Assembly (NCBI GenBank): GCA_049303575.1 | Contig: JBAQNH010000002.1 | Coordinates: 508,541-572,540, forward strand | Direction of reading: 5' to 3' | DNA: 64,000 nucleotides | From: Microgenomates group bacterium | GTDB lineage: Bacteria; Patescibacteriota; Microgenomatia; UBA1400; MFAQ01 | In this document: in pieces, positions 19,537 to 28,735 of the stretch | Layout: every line of letters starts with the position of its first letter | Position numbering within the stretch: position 1 is the stretch's first letter | Made by a program: the position numbers and the translations under genes | The notes under the pieces: model-generated | Seen by the model: only the letters and a program-made list of their open reading frames with translations | Database searches by the model: none | Told to the model about the DNA's origin: nothing

Positions 19537-20481
19537 ATGCCCTTACATATAGCTCTATACGTTTTAAGTTTTATCGGCATATGGCTTGGAGCTGGTTTAA
19601 TAATTTCATCGGTTGAAAAGTTTTCCCATAAGCTAAGACTTTCTTCGTTTTCCGTTTCCTTTCTCATTCTCGGTTTGTTTACCTCTCTCGGGGAACTTTC
19701 GGTGGGAATTACCTCTGTACTAGACAACGATCCGGAAATCTTTGTGGGAAATTTAATTGGTGCTTCAATTGTCCTTTTTACCCTGGTCATTCCCTTACTC
19801 GCCATCACGGGTAAAAAAATAAAAATAAATCCTGAGTTTCAAAATTTCAATCTCATTTCTTCTCTTGTTGTTATCGGTATGCCAGTAATCCTTTCTTTCG
19901 ATGGCAAAATAGATAGGCTAGATGGAATTATCTCCCTCGTTTTATTTGGCATCGCAGCCATCTTGATCCAATCAAAAAGAGGATTGCTCCAAAATCCACC
20001 CACGACTGTTCATCGGCACATTTTGAAAGTAGGACCAGAGATCCTCAAAATAGCCGTCGGCGTTATCATTGTTTATTTAAGTAGTAATAGCGTTGTTGAA
20101 CAAACAATGTATTTTTCTCAAATTCTGAAAATCTCTCCCTTTTTCATTAGTCTTATTTTAGTTTCACTGGGAACTAATCTCCCCGAACTCTCTTTGGTGG
20201 TAAGAACAATCTTTTTTAAAGACAAAGAAATTGCCTTTGGTGACTATGTTGGTTCTGCCTCCTACAACACCTTTATTTTTGGCGGTCTAATTTTATGGTA
20301 CGGAAAAACAATCTATCTCACCAACAGCTACATTGTTAGTTTATTGGTTTTAATTGTTGGCCTTTTTCTTTTCTATCTCTTTGCCAAAAGTAAGAATACT
20401 CTTACGAGAAAAGAAGGCTTTTTTCTTCTTTGTCTCTATCTTCTTTTTGTTTACGTAGAGATCGCCTTCCATATCGCATAA
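19537..20481 (+). CDS. CaCA-family cation/Ca2+ exchanger (YrbG-like)
   Basis: Two alpha-repeats: GNLIGASIVLFTLVIPLLAI and GTNLPELSLVV...GDYVGSASYNTFIFGGL; 10 TM. Confidence 0.65.
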   Translation: MPLHIALYVLSFIGIWLGAGLIISSVEKFSHKLRLSSFSVSFLILGLFTSLGELSVGITSVLDNDPEIFVGNLIGASIVLFTLVIPLLAITGKKIKINPEFQNFNLISSLVVIGMPVILSFDGKIDRLDGIISLVLFGIAAILIQSKRGLLQNPPTTVHRHILKVGPEILKIAVGVIIVYLSSNSVVEQTMYFSQILKISPFFISLILVSLGTNLPELSLVVRTIFFKDKEIAFGDYVGSASYNTFIFGGLILWYGKTIYLTNSYIVSLLVLIVGLFLFYLFAKSKNTLTRKEGFFLLCLYLLFVYVEIAFHIA

Positions 20482-20494
20482 TAACCCCGAGAGT

Positions 20495-21196
20495 TTAAGG
20501 GGAAAGAAGCTTTATCAGATCATCGACCACCAGATCCAATTTTCCTGTTTCGTTGACAGCAACATACTCTGCGTCACACACAAAAGGCATATCAATCATC
20601 ATTTGGGCAATTCTCTTATCTACAAATTTTGGATCACCCGATCGGTCAAGCAATCTTTTTTGTAGTGTATCAACAGATGGGGGAACCACAAACACATATA
20701 TCAAATTAATTTTGTCAAACATCCATTCTCGTTTTTTCCACATCTCGGAGTAAAAACGAGAACCCTTCGGCTCGATTCTTAGTATTGGGATTTTATAAGT
20801 CTCAAAAGCTTTTTCAAAAACAGAAGTCAGTGAACAATAGTGAACACCCGCGTACTCAACCCACTCTACGACATCTCCACCCTTTAAAGCTTTTTGAAAT
20901 GCCTCTTCCGTTAACCTAATATAGGTGTCGTTTTCCTCGGTTTCGTTAGGTCTTCTCTCACGGGTGGTACAGGTCCTTACCCACCCAAAGCGGCTATCCC
21001 TATCAATCAGTGCTTGCGCAATGGAATCCTTTCCGGCTCCGGATAAGCCACCGATAATTAAAAGGGTCATGCTCTTTTTTTCTGCGTCTTTCTTCTGCTC
21101 TTCAATATTGGGAAGTAATCCGTAAATTGTCTCGGTCACATTAACCAAGGCATCTTTGTTTTCTATATAACTATATAAATATTCCGGGAACTTCAT
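20495..21196 (-). CDS. Guanylate kinase-like NMP kinase
   Basis: P-loop GGLSGAGKDSI; TTRERRPNE...Y..L motif; VEWVEYAGVHY. Confidence 0.5.
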   Translation of the reverse strand: MKFPEYLYSYIENKDALVNVTETIYGLLPNIEEQKKDAEKKSMTLLIIGGLSGAGKDSIAQALIDRDSRFGWVRTCTTRERRPNETEENDTYIRLTEEAFQKALKGGDVVEWVEYAGVHYCSLTSVFEKAFETYKIPILRIEPKGSRFYSEMWKKREWMFDKINLIYVFVVPPSVDTLQKRLLDRSGDPKFVDKRIAQMMIDMPFVCDAEYVAVNETGKLDLVVDDLIKLLSP

Positions 21197-21260
21197 ATCA
21201 CCAAGTATAAATGGTTAAGTTCAATATGCATATTGTATATTTCAAATAGTCATAATACAC

Positions 21261-21884
21261 TTGAAGTGTAATATCAATTACACCATGAATTTTATCTTTG
21301 TTTTGGTATTTTCCCTTTTGGTTACGGTTTCTGTTGGAACGCTAGTAAAAAAAGTAAATTCTCAAAAAAAAGTTGAACTAGTTTCACCCCTTGTCGTCGT
21401 TACAAACACCACCCCACAGGCGGAAGTAATGGGCTCAAAAAGCGACGCCTCCGTTTTTAACTGGCCGACCTTTATCAACAACTATTATGGTTACAAAATA
21501 AAACACCCTCTAGATGTCTCTGTCAAAAACAAAAAGAGTGGAGATATCAGCTTACAAAAGTCGGAGTCTATAAATTTATCAATTACCCAGGATGTTCTCA
21601 CCGAAAATGACACCGTCAATACTGTAATTGAAAAAGAAATTACTAAAAGGAAAAACGAATTAAAGGATAAATTTATTCTCGTTAACTCCATCTCTCCCAT
21701 TGCCCTGGGTTCTGTGACTGCTCAAACTTATACTTCATCCGAAAACGAAAAAATCATTAATTATTACTACGTTCCCCAAAAGGATAACAAATATCTTTTG
21801 CTAATTAATCAAACACCAAGTAGTAATAATACTGATTATTTAATCTCGGAAGATATTATTTACTCTCTGGAATTTATACCTTAA
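21261..21884 (+). CDS. Hypothetical secreted/anchored protein
   Basis: N-terminal hydrophobic helix, N/S/T-rich. Confidence 0.4.
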   Translation: MKCNINYTMNFIFVLVFSLLVTVSVGTLVKKVNSQKKVELVSPLVVVTNTTPQAEVMGSKSDASVFNWPTFINNYYGYKIKHPLDVSVKNKKSGDISLQKSESINLSITQDVLTENDTVNTVIEKEITKRKNELKDKFILVNSISPIALGSVTAQTYTSSENEKIINYYYVPQKDNKYLLLINQTPSSNNTDYLISEDIIYSLEFIP

Positions 21885-21894
21885 ATTGTCTTAG

Positions 21895-22614
21895 TTGGTT
21901 TACAATAGTTCCGTGGCAAGTTTTTCTTATCGAATCCTACGAAAAAAAGGTATTGCCTCCAACGCCTCAATAACGGTGTCTGCCGAAAGAGGAGTCGTTG
22001 TGAGGGCTCCTTTCTGGATGCCTAAGGGAATTATCGAAAGTTTTATTCAAGAAAAGTCGTTCTGGATTGAAAAGCATCTTGAACGTCTAAATCTTAAAAA
22101 AATAACCAAAAACTATTCCGAAGGAGAGAAACACCTTTATTTTGGAAAGGAATACTCTTTATCCATCATATCTACAACGACACCTGGAAGAAGTAAGGTT
22201 TCATTGTTGGAAGACAACCTTCGAGTAGAACTGTACGAAGGTTTACCAAAAGAAAAACACCCCCAAAAAATTGAAGAGGCTTTGTTGTACTGGTACTTGG
22301 AAAAAGGTATTGAAGCCATCACCGAAAAAGTAAATTATTACTCACAGGAAATTGGTGTTGAATATCAAAAAATAAATCTAAAAAAAGTCTCGTCAATCTG
22401 GGGTAGTTGCTCTCCCACAAACTGTTTGAGTTTCAACAGAAAACTCGTTATGGCTCCCCACGAGATAGTCGATTACGTCGTGATTCACGAAGTTGCCCAC
22501 ATGGTACATCGCAATCATGGTTCCGGTTTTTGGAATCTGGTCAGAAGTTTCGATCCACAATATAAATACCACCGAAGATGGCTCAAACTTAATCACCACC
22601 TTCTTTCTATCTAA
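21895..22614 (+). CDS. YgjP-like (DUF45/M48-related) zinc metallohydrolase
   Basis: HEVAHMVHRNHGSGFW HExxH motif in DUF45 context. Confidence 0.65.
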   Translation: MVYNSSVASFSYRILRKKGIASNASITVSAERGVVVRAPFWMPKGIIESFIQEKSFWIEKHLERLNLKKITKNYSEGEKHLYFGKEYSLSIISTTTPGRSKVSLLEDNLRVELYEGLPKEKHPQKIEEALLYWYLEKGIEAITEKVNYYSQEIGVEYQKINLKKVSSIWGSCSPTNCLSFNRKLVMAPHEIVDYVVIHEVAHMVHRNHGSGFWNLVRSFDPQYKYHRRWLKLNHHLLSI

Positions 22615-22627
22615 TCTACTCCAGATC

Positions 22628-22963
22628 ATGGCAATCATCAAAAACTTTTCCCAAAAAAAGACCTTAACCAAAACAGCAAAAATTGTGATCTCTTTCTTTG
22701 ATCGTCTTTTTGGTTTACTTAACCCCCACAACCCCCGTTATTTAATCTTCAAAACTCACTTTGGTATTCATACATTCTTTATGAATAAACCCATCGATGT
22801 TTTACTTCTAGATAACGAACATAAAATTATCAAGGCCAAAAAAAGTCTAAAGCCTTTTAAACTGTTTCTTTATCATCCTCAATTTTCTATTGTTATCGAA
22901 ATGCCCGAAGGTACGATTCAAAAAAATCACCTTCGTATAAATGATAAAATTTCTATTGAATGA
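22628..22963 (+). CDS. DUF192 family protein
   Basis: KPIDVLLLDNEHKIIKAKKSLKP...FSIVIEMPEG typical DUF192; start set at internal Met after DUF45 stop. Confidence 0.5.
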   Translation: MAIIKNFSQKKTLTKTAKIVISFFDRLFGLLNPHNPRYLIFKTHFGIHTFFMNKPIDVLLLDNEHKIIKAKKSLKPFKLFLYHPQFSIVIEMPEGTIQKNHLRINDKISIE

Positions 22964-23598
22964 AATCCGGTAAATGGAAGCGCCTGCTTAATCGCCAAAA
23001 CACAATTATTCTTCTGTTTGTTGTTGTTAGTTTAATTTGTACCTCCGTTCCTTACTTCAAGTTTGATCTTCTAGTCTCCGAAAAGATCCAAAGTATCAAC
23101 TCGGTAGTATTCGAAAAAATCATGTGGTTTGTTTCCTCTATTGGGAACCAGCCCTTTATGATTTTTATTGTCACGACGTTTAGTCTCTTACTTTATTTAT
23201 TCAAATTTCGTGCCGAAGCAGTTATTAGTTCCTTGTCCGCCGCAGGAAGCGCTTTATCCGGGTCATTGATTAAAACACTTGTTGACCGTCCGCGACCAGA
23301 CGCCGGTCTCGTCAATGTTTCAGTCTGGTTATCTGACAAGAGCTATCCCAGCAATCATGTCCTGGTATTTACCGTTTACTTTGGTTTCTTACTTTACTTT
23401 TTGATGAAAAGGCCCAAACGAGAACTGAAGGAAACTATTTTATTTATTATCTTCGTTCTTCTTATAGCCACGATCGGCATTTCCCGAATCTACTTGGGAG
23501 CCCACTGGGCCAGTGATGTTCTGGGTGGTTACCTTTTGGGAGTTCTATGGTTAATTTTAACCATTTGGTTCTATAATTCGTACCATGGCAAAAGATAA
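22960..23598 (+). CDS. PAP2-family lipid phosphatase (undecaprenyl-PP phosphatase-like)
   Basis: PAP2 motifs KxxxxxxRP (LVDRPRPD), PSNH, SRIYLGAHWASDVLGG; 6 TM; ATGA overlap with upstream gene. Confidence 0.7.
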   Translation: MKSGKWKRLLNRQNTIILLFVVVSLICTSVPYFKFDLLVSEKIQSINSVVFEKIMWFVSSIGNQPFMIFIVTTFSLLLYLFKFRAEAVISSLSAAGSALSGSLIKTLVDRPRPDAGLVNVSVWLSDKSYPSNHVLVFTVYFGFLLYFLMKRPKRELKETILFIIFVLLIATIGISRIYLGAHWASDVLGGYLLGVLWLILTIWFYNSYHGKR

Positions 23599-24457
23599 AT
23601 ACACGGCGGTCTGGATTTCACACACTTCAATCAACGACTACCTCAAGTGTCCCAGAGCCTATTTTCTAAAAAACGTTTACAAAGATCCCGCCACTGGTCA
23701 CAAAATTCAAATAATGACTCCGTCACTAGCTCTCGGTCAGGCGGTTCACGAAGTCATCGACTCTCTGTCTGGTATTCCGACTTCATCCCGAATGAATGAG
23801 TCTTTGGTTCTTAAGTTCGACAAGGTTTGGGGAAAATTTTCCGGAGAAAAAGGTGGTTTTGTCGATGTCGAAGATGAACACAAATTTAAAGAAAGAGGTA
23901 AGGCTATGCTAAGACGCGTCATGGATAATCCGGGTCCAATCGGAAAACTTGCCGTAAAAATTCAACAGGAGCTTCCTCATTACTGGATTTCTGAAGACGA
24001 GAACATCGTCCTTTGTGGAAAGGTAGACTGGTTGGAATATAACGAAGACTCCGACTCGGTACACATCATAGACTTCAAAACAGGCAAAAAGAAGGAAGAA
24101 GAAGACTCTCTTCAACTTCCCATTTATCATCTTCTTGTTCATCACTGCCAAAAAAGACCAGTAACCCAAGCCAGTTACTGGTACCTCGAAACCGACGATA
24201 AACCGCTAGAAAAATTATTGCCGGATTTAAAAGAAGCTCACAGCAAAGTAATTGAAATCGGCAGGAGAATAAAGTTAGCCAGAAAGCTCGAAAAATTCGA
24301 CTGCCCCGAGGGTAGAGACGGCTGTATTCACTGTCGCTCAATGGAAAAAATACTAAAAGGGGAGGGGACACTGGTAGACTCGAACACCCAAAGAGATATC
24401 TACGTCATTCCTCGCAATGAGGTATTAGAAGAGGAAACAGATAGTATTATTCTTTAG
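23585..24457 (+). CDS. Cas4-like RecB-family PD-(D/E)XK nuclease with Fe-S four-Cys staple
   Basis: N-term C in YLKCPRAYFL, GQAVHE, GKVDW (motif II), IIDFKTGKK (motif III), QLPIYHLL (QxxxY), C-terminal CPEGRDGCIHC. Confidence 0.65.
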   Translation: MAKDKYTAVWISHTSINDYLKCPRAYFLKNVYKDPATGHKIQIMTPSLALGQAVHEVIDSLSGIPTSSRMNESLVLKFDKVWGKFSGEKGGFVDVEDEHKFKERGKAMLRRVMDNPGPIGKLAVKIQQELPHYWISEDENIVLCGKVDWLEYNEDSDSVHIIDFKTGKKKEEEDSLQLPIYHLLVHHCQKRPVTQASYWYLETDDKPLEKLLPDLKEAHSKVIEIGRRIKLARKLEKFDCPEGRDGCIHCRSMEKILKGEGTLVDSNTQRDIYVIPRNEVLEEETDSIIL

Positions 24458-25380
24458 TAGGCCGCAATCGCAACCCCAATTGTATTTTGGGCGTACACAC
24501 ATCCCCAGACATACTCTCCACCCGCAAGTAAAGATTTATGTCCCAAGGTATTTTCCCAAGCAGCAACGGCTTCGGTAGGTGTCGAATAACCCTGTATCAG
24601 GTACTCACTGATGTTATATTTTTCCGATATCCATTTTAAATCTTCTCTATTCAGTACCGGTACAAAACCTTCATGACCATCCAGTCTTCCCAAGGTTAAT
24701 AACTGATTAAGTCTTATTGACGCGATGGTACAAAGTTCATCTCGTTGTTTTAATGGATTAACACCCATTTCTACCCGTCTTTTATTTACAGCCGCCCAAA
24801 GCTCAGGACCTCCCCAAGTAATCTTTGGTGTGGTTTGTTGCTTTACTACTGCTCTCGGAGAAGCCAGAAGAATATAGACATCAACTTTATCAGCACTATT
24901 TTTTATGGCTACTCCCACATCGCGAAAACTAGGATGGTTCAAGGTGTCGTTGGTAATTTTGGAATTATTCCAATAAGCAATAACGTCATTACTTTTGAAA
25001 AAATCGGTTACTATCAGTTCACCGACTAAGTTGGCGGAATAGCCTGCATTTAACAATGCCTTTTCCCTGGTAAGTCCCGTCACTGAGCCATCGACATCGT
25101 CTTCCGACAAAATAACAGACAATCTGGACTTTGCCGATTGGTCAAGCTTGGTGCTTCCCTTAAGCTTAGTCAAACCCTTTTTTTCACGAGCAGTATTTAT
25201 TTCTAATAGTAATTCCTCTGCTGTCCAGTCGGGAATAAAAGTTGTACCCTGCTCTCTCTGAATATAAAAACGTTGGGATGCCAGGTCGGAAAAAAGACTT
25301 TTAAAATCGGTATCCCTAAGAAAAAAATAAGCTATTGCTCCAATCACCAAAACTAACAAAACTGTGACAATTCTTTTCAC
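24454..25380 (-). CDS. Secreted protein with tandem CAP/SCP (YkwD-like) domains
   Basis: Signal anchor; two CAP-like units; AAWENTLGHKSLL matches CAP GH..N.L motif. Confidence 0.5.
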   Translation of the reverse strand: MKRIVTVLLVLVIGAIAYFFLRDTDFKSLFSDLASQRFYIQREQGTTFIPDWTAEELLLEINTAREKKGLTKLKGSTKLDQSAKSRLSVILSEDDVDGSVTGLTREKALLNAGYSANLVGELIVTDFFKSNDVIAYWNNSKITNDTLNHPSFRDVGVAIKNSADKVDVYILLASPRAVVKQQTTPKITWGGPELWAAVNKRRVEMGVNPLKQRDELCTIASIRLNQLLTLGRLDGHEGFVPVLNREDLKWISEKYNISEYLIQGYSTPTEAVAAWENTLGHKSLLAGGEYVWGCVYAQNTIGVAIAAY

Positions 25381-25428
25381 TATTACTTAGTATATAAGAG
25401 AAATTGACTAGAGTTGTTATAATAAATT

Positions 25429-25734
25429 ATGAACATAATCTTCAATCCTCAAAAGATGACCATTAGTGATCGTCTCAAAAAAAGAATTGAAACTAAGTTC
25501 GAAACAGGTTTGGGAAAGTACCTCAAACACTATCAGGAAGATCTCAAAATAGCCTCCCTTTCCATCGAAAAAGTTTCCCGTTCCGGTTATGAAATCAAGT
25601 TTGATATGAATCTACCTGGTTGTCCGATAAACATCAAAGACACCCACAAGGTGTTACTGGACGGAGTAATTAGAGTTAGGGATAAGGCCAAGCGTCAAAT
25701 CCAAAAATATCTCGAGAAGTTAAGAGGTTACTAA
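25429..25734 (+). CDS. hpf: Ribosome hibernation factor (HPF/RaiA, short form)
   Basis: 101 aa, MNIIF...MTISDRLKKRIETKFE...KYLKHY pattern like HPF. Confidence 0.55.
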   Translation: MNIIFNPQKMTISDRLKKRIETKFETGLGKYLKHYQEDLKIASLSIEKVSRSGYEIKFDMNLPGCPINIKDTHKVLLDGVIRVRDKAKRQIQKYLEKLRGY

Positions 25735-25938
25735 CTATTTTTCCAGCGATATCGCTTGTGTTGGACAAGTTTCTATTGCAAGTTTAACGTTTTCCACGAC
25801 TACTCGATCGGTTAAATCAGCCTCAGGATTTTGCGCCGCTTTTCCGTTCTTGCCAAACTTAACGCCCATGGCCCCTTCGGAAATATCCTCGCAAATGTTA
25901 CATCCAATACACTTATCTTGATCAACTACAATTTTCAT
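25735..25938 (-). CDS. 4Fe-4S ferredoxin (single cluster)
   Basis: DQDKCIGCNICEDI ... ETCPTQAI; 67 aa. Confidence 0.75.
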   Translation of the reverse strand: MKIVVDQDKCIGCNICEDISEGAMGVKFGKNGKAAQNPEADLTDRVVVENVKLAIETCPTQAISLEK

Positions 25939-25977
25939 TAGCTAAATTGTAACCTGAACTGAGGATATAATCAAAAC

Positions 25978-27066
25978 ATGGCCAATATCATCAAATGTCC
26001 CAACTGCAATGAAGAGATCGAAATTACCGAAGCTCTAAGTCAAACAATCAAAGCGGATCTGGAAAAAGAACTCACCGAAAAAATCAAAGAGAGGTATGCC
26101 GAAGAATCTTTAAGCAAAACCAAACTTCTGGAAGAAGAACTAAAAGTAAAAAATCAGAAACTGGAAGAGGCCAGAGATGCCGAACTCAAAATAAGACAAG
26201 AAAAACTCAAACTGGAAGACGAAAAAAAATCGTTTGAGCTAGACAAACAGCGTCAGTTGGATGAGGAGAGAAACAAAATTCGTCAGCAAACCCTACTCGA
26301 AGCCAGCGATTCGCACAGACTAAAAGATATGGAGAAAGAAAAAATGATTGGCGATCTCAAAAAAGCTCTTGAAGATGCTCAGCTTAAAGCTAGTCAGGGT
26401 TCCCAACAACTCCAAGGAGAGGTTTCGGAACTTGACCTCGAAGACTATCTTCGATCCGCCTTTCCTCTCGATGAAATTAACCCTGTCGGCAAAGGAGTCA
26501 GGGGAGCTGATGTTAGTCAGGTGGTAAAAACCAGTTTGGGTACAGTTTGTGGCGTTATTCTCTGGGAATCAAAAAGAACTAAGGCTTGGGTCGACGACTG
26601 GACTACCAAACTAAAAGCCGACCTTCGAGCATCAAAAGCCAATATCCCGGTAATCGTCTCTACGGTATTACCCAAGTCTTTTAAAACCGGATTTGGATTT
26701 TACGATGGAGTCTGGGTCACCGAACCCATCTTTACTCAACCGCTTGCCGAGATACTCAGAAAAAATCTGATTGATGTTGCCAGAGAAAAACACCATGGTA
26801 ATGATCGAGGCACAAAAGCCGATATGATTTATACCTATCTAACAAGTGACGCCTTTGTTCAACAAATTCAAAACATTATTGAGGTTCACCAGAATATGCA
26901 GACTCAGATCCAAAGAGAGCGTGCCGCTTTTGAAAAATTGTGGAAAGAAAGAGAAGCTCAGGCCGAAAGGATTCTTATCAGCACTGCCGGTATTTATGGC
27001 AGTATTCAGGGCGTAGCTGGTCAGTCTCTACCTCCGGTCAAAGGTCTTGATCTACTTGAAGAATAA
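25978..27066 (+). CDS. DUF2130-family coiled-coil protein
   Basis: MANIIKCPNCNEEIEI N-terminal Zn-ribbon-like start then K/E-rich coiled coil, conserved C-domain. Confidence 0.55.
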   Translation: MANIIKCPNCNEEIEITEALSQTIKADLEKELTEKIKERYAEESLSKTKLLEEELKVKNQKLEEARDAELKIRQEKLKLEDEKKSFELDKQRQLDEERNKIRQQTLLEASDSHRLKDMEKEKMIGDLKKALEDAQLKASQGSQQLQGEVSELDLEDYLRSAFPLDEINPVGKGVRGADVSQVVKTSLGTVCGVILWESKRTKAWVDDWTTKLKADLRASKANIPVIVSTVLPKSFKTGFGFYDGVWVTEPIFTQPLAEILRKNLIDVAREKHHGNDRGTKADMIYTYLTSDAFVQQIQNIIEVHQNMQTQIQRERAAFEKLWKEREAQAERILISTAGIYGSIQGVAGQSLPPVKGLDLLEE

Positions 27067-28476
27067 CTATATTTTAAGTAGCGCCACCGCGTTGGTCGAA
27101 CCCTCTTTGTAATAACTTTGTCCATGAATCACGACGACCGTATCGCCTTTTACCAACTCTCCCGAACTTATAAGATTTTTAATCGCTGGATTTGGAAGCT
27201 TAAACTCACCTTCGTTAATATCGGTTCGGATAGCCCTGACTCCGTATGACAAAGAAAGCTCCTCAACTGTTTTTTGATCGAAGGTCATGGCGACAATTGG
27301 TACTTTTGGACGCAGACGGGAAACGGATTTTGCCGTCAATCCGGAACGGGTAAAAACAAGAATCATTTTAATCTTAATTAATTCTTGATTGAGTAGTTCT
27401 CTGGTTGAGTTAATAATAATATCCGTTTCATTTTTAGGTTCAATTTTGAAATCAATAAATCGATAAGTTTGTTCATTGTATTTGGCAATCTTTGACATTT
27501 CCTCCACCGCGTTTACGGGGTATTTTCCGCTGGCAGTCTCTCCGGAAAGCATCAAAGCATCCGTTCCGTCTAGTACGGCATTAGCCACGTCGGTTGCTTC
27601 GGCTCTAGTCGGTCTTGGACTCGAGGTCATCGACTGCAACATCTGCGTTGCCGTAATTACCGGTTTGTTTGCGGCACGACACTTCGCAATAATAGTTTTT
27701 TGCCAATAGGCGAGCTGTTCAATGGGAACTTCAATCCCCAGATCACCTCTGGCGACCATCACCGCATCTGTAGCTTCAATTAATTCATCCAAATTCCGCA
27801 AGGCTTGAAGGCTTTCAATTTTAGCCACAATCATCGCTTTAATTTTTCTCTCTGCCATTTCTCGACGTAGCAGTTCAATGTCTTTTTTTGTTCTGGAAAA
27901 GGACAGCGCCACAAAATCAACCTTTTTAGTTGTTGCCATGTCCAACCTTTTAAGGTCTTCGTGAATTAGTGACGGTAAGTTCATCTCTACTCCTGGAAAA
28001 TTAACGCCTTTCCTGTGCCCGATTTCTCCCTCAACACTTGACTCCGCGACAATTAAATCTTTCTTAATACTGATGATTTTAAGTTCAATTGCGCCATCAT
28101 CAATCAAAATACGATCACCCCTTTTTACTGTACGGAATACCAACTCATGAGGTATACAAATAGAGTCAAGATTTGGAATAAATGAAGGCGTAATCTTTAC
28201 AATCTGTCCTTTTTCAACAGGATAAGGTAGTTTGTCGCTGGTTATCAATCGAATTTCCGGTCCTTGCAGATCAATTAGAATGCCAATGTTTGCCTTAAGC
28301 TCGGCTGCTATCGTTTGTACTCTAGCAATTCTTTCCTCGTGCCACTCAGTGGTACCGTGTTTGGTATTAAAACGAAAAACATTTACCCCGGCCCTAATTA
28401 ATTTTTCGATAGTATCCAAAGAATCACTGGCCGGTCCGAGTGTTGCAACTATTTTTGTTAATCTATCGTCAATCAT
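27067..28476 (-). CDS. pyk: Pyruvate kinase
   Basis: KIVATLGPAS, MVARGDLGIE, VITATQMLQSM motifs. Confidence 0.9.
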   Translation of the reverse strand: MIDDRLTKIVATLGPASDSLDTIEKLIRAGVNVFRFNTKHGTTEWHEERIARVQTIAAELKANIGILIDLQGPEIRLITSDKLPYPVEKGQIVKITPSFIPNLDSICIPHELVFRTVKRGDRILIDDGAIELKIISIKKDLIVAESSVEGEIGHRKGVNFPGVEMNLPSLIHEDLKRLDMATTKKVDFVALSFSRTKKDIELLRREMAERKIKAMIVAKIESLQALRNLDELIEATDAVMVARGDLGIEVPIEQLAYWQKTIIAKCRAANKPVITATQMLQSMTSSPRPTRAEATDVANAVLDGTDALMLSGETASGKYPVNAVEEMSKIAKYNEQTYRFIDFKIEPKNETDIIINSTRELLNQELIKIKMILVFTRSGLTAKSVSRLRPKVPIVAMTFDQKTVEELSLSYGVRAIRTDINEGEFKLPNPAIKNLISSGELVKGDTVVVIHGQSYYKEGSTNAVALLKI

Positions 28477-28731
28477 CTATTTATTACGTCTCGCTAAAAT
28501 TGGATAAAAATACATAACGGAACCGGATAACATCATCAAAGTTAAAACTATCGCGAAAAAGGGACTAGTGGCATTGTGCAAACTCCTAATAAAAAATAAA
28601 TCAAAGGGGATTAGATTGGACAATTTTGGATACTTCAAAATTACTCCTGTAACAGTCATTATCAAAGTCGAAAGAATGATTACTAAAACTAATATACGGT
28701 GTAATTTTCTAACAAAAAGATAAATATTCAT
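28477..28731 (-). CDS. Small 2-TM membrane protein (84 aa)
   Basis: Two hydrophobic helices; immediately downstream of b5-domain gene on same strand. Confidence 0.4.
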   Translation of the reverse strand: MNIYLFVRKLHRILVLVIILSTLIMTVTGVILKYPKLSNLIPFDLFFIRSLHNATSPFFAIVLTLMMLSGSVMYFYPILARRNK

Positions 28732-28735
28732 AAAT

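Noticed and set aside
19524-19808. 94-aa minus-strand ORF
   Set aside because: Antisense to the N-terminus of the CaCA exchanger and to the tRNA-Gly 3' fragment copy. No independent support.
22493-22627. Long N-terminal extension of the DUF192 ORF
   Set aside because: It overlaps the 3' end of the DUF45 gene in another frame and encodes a hydrophobic, non-conserved-looking stretch. Start moved to Met at 22628.
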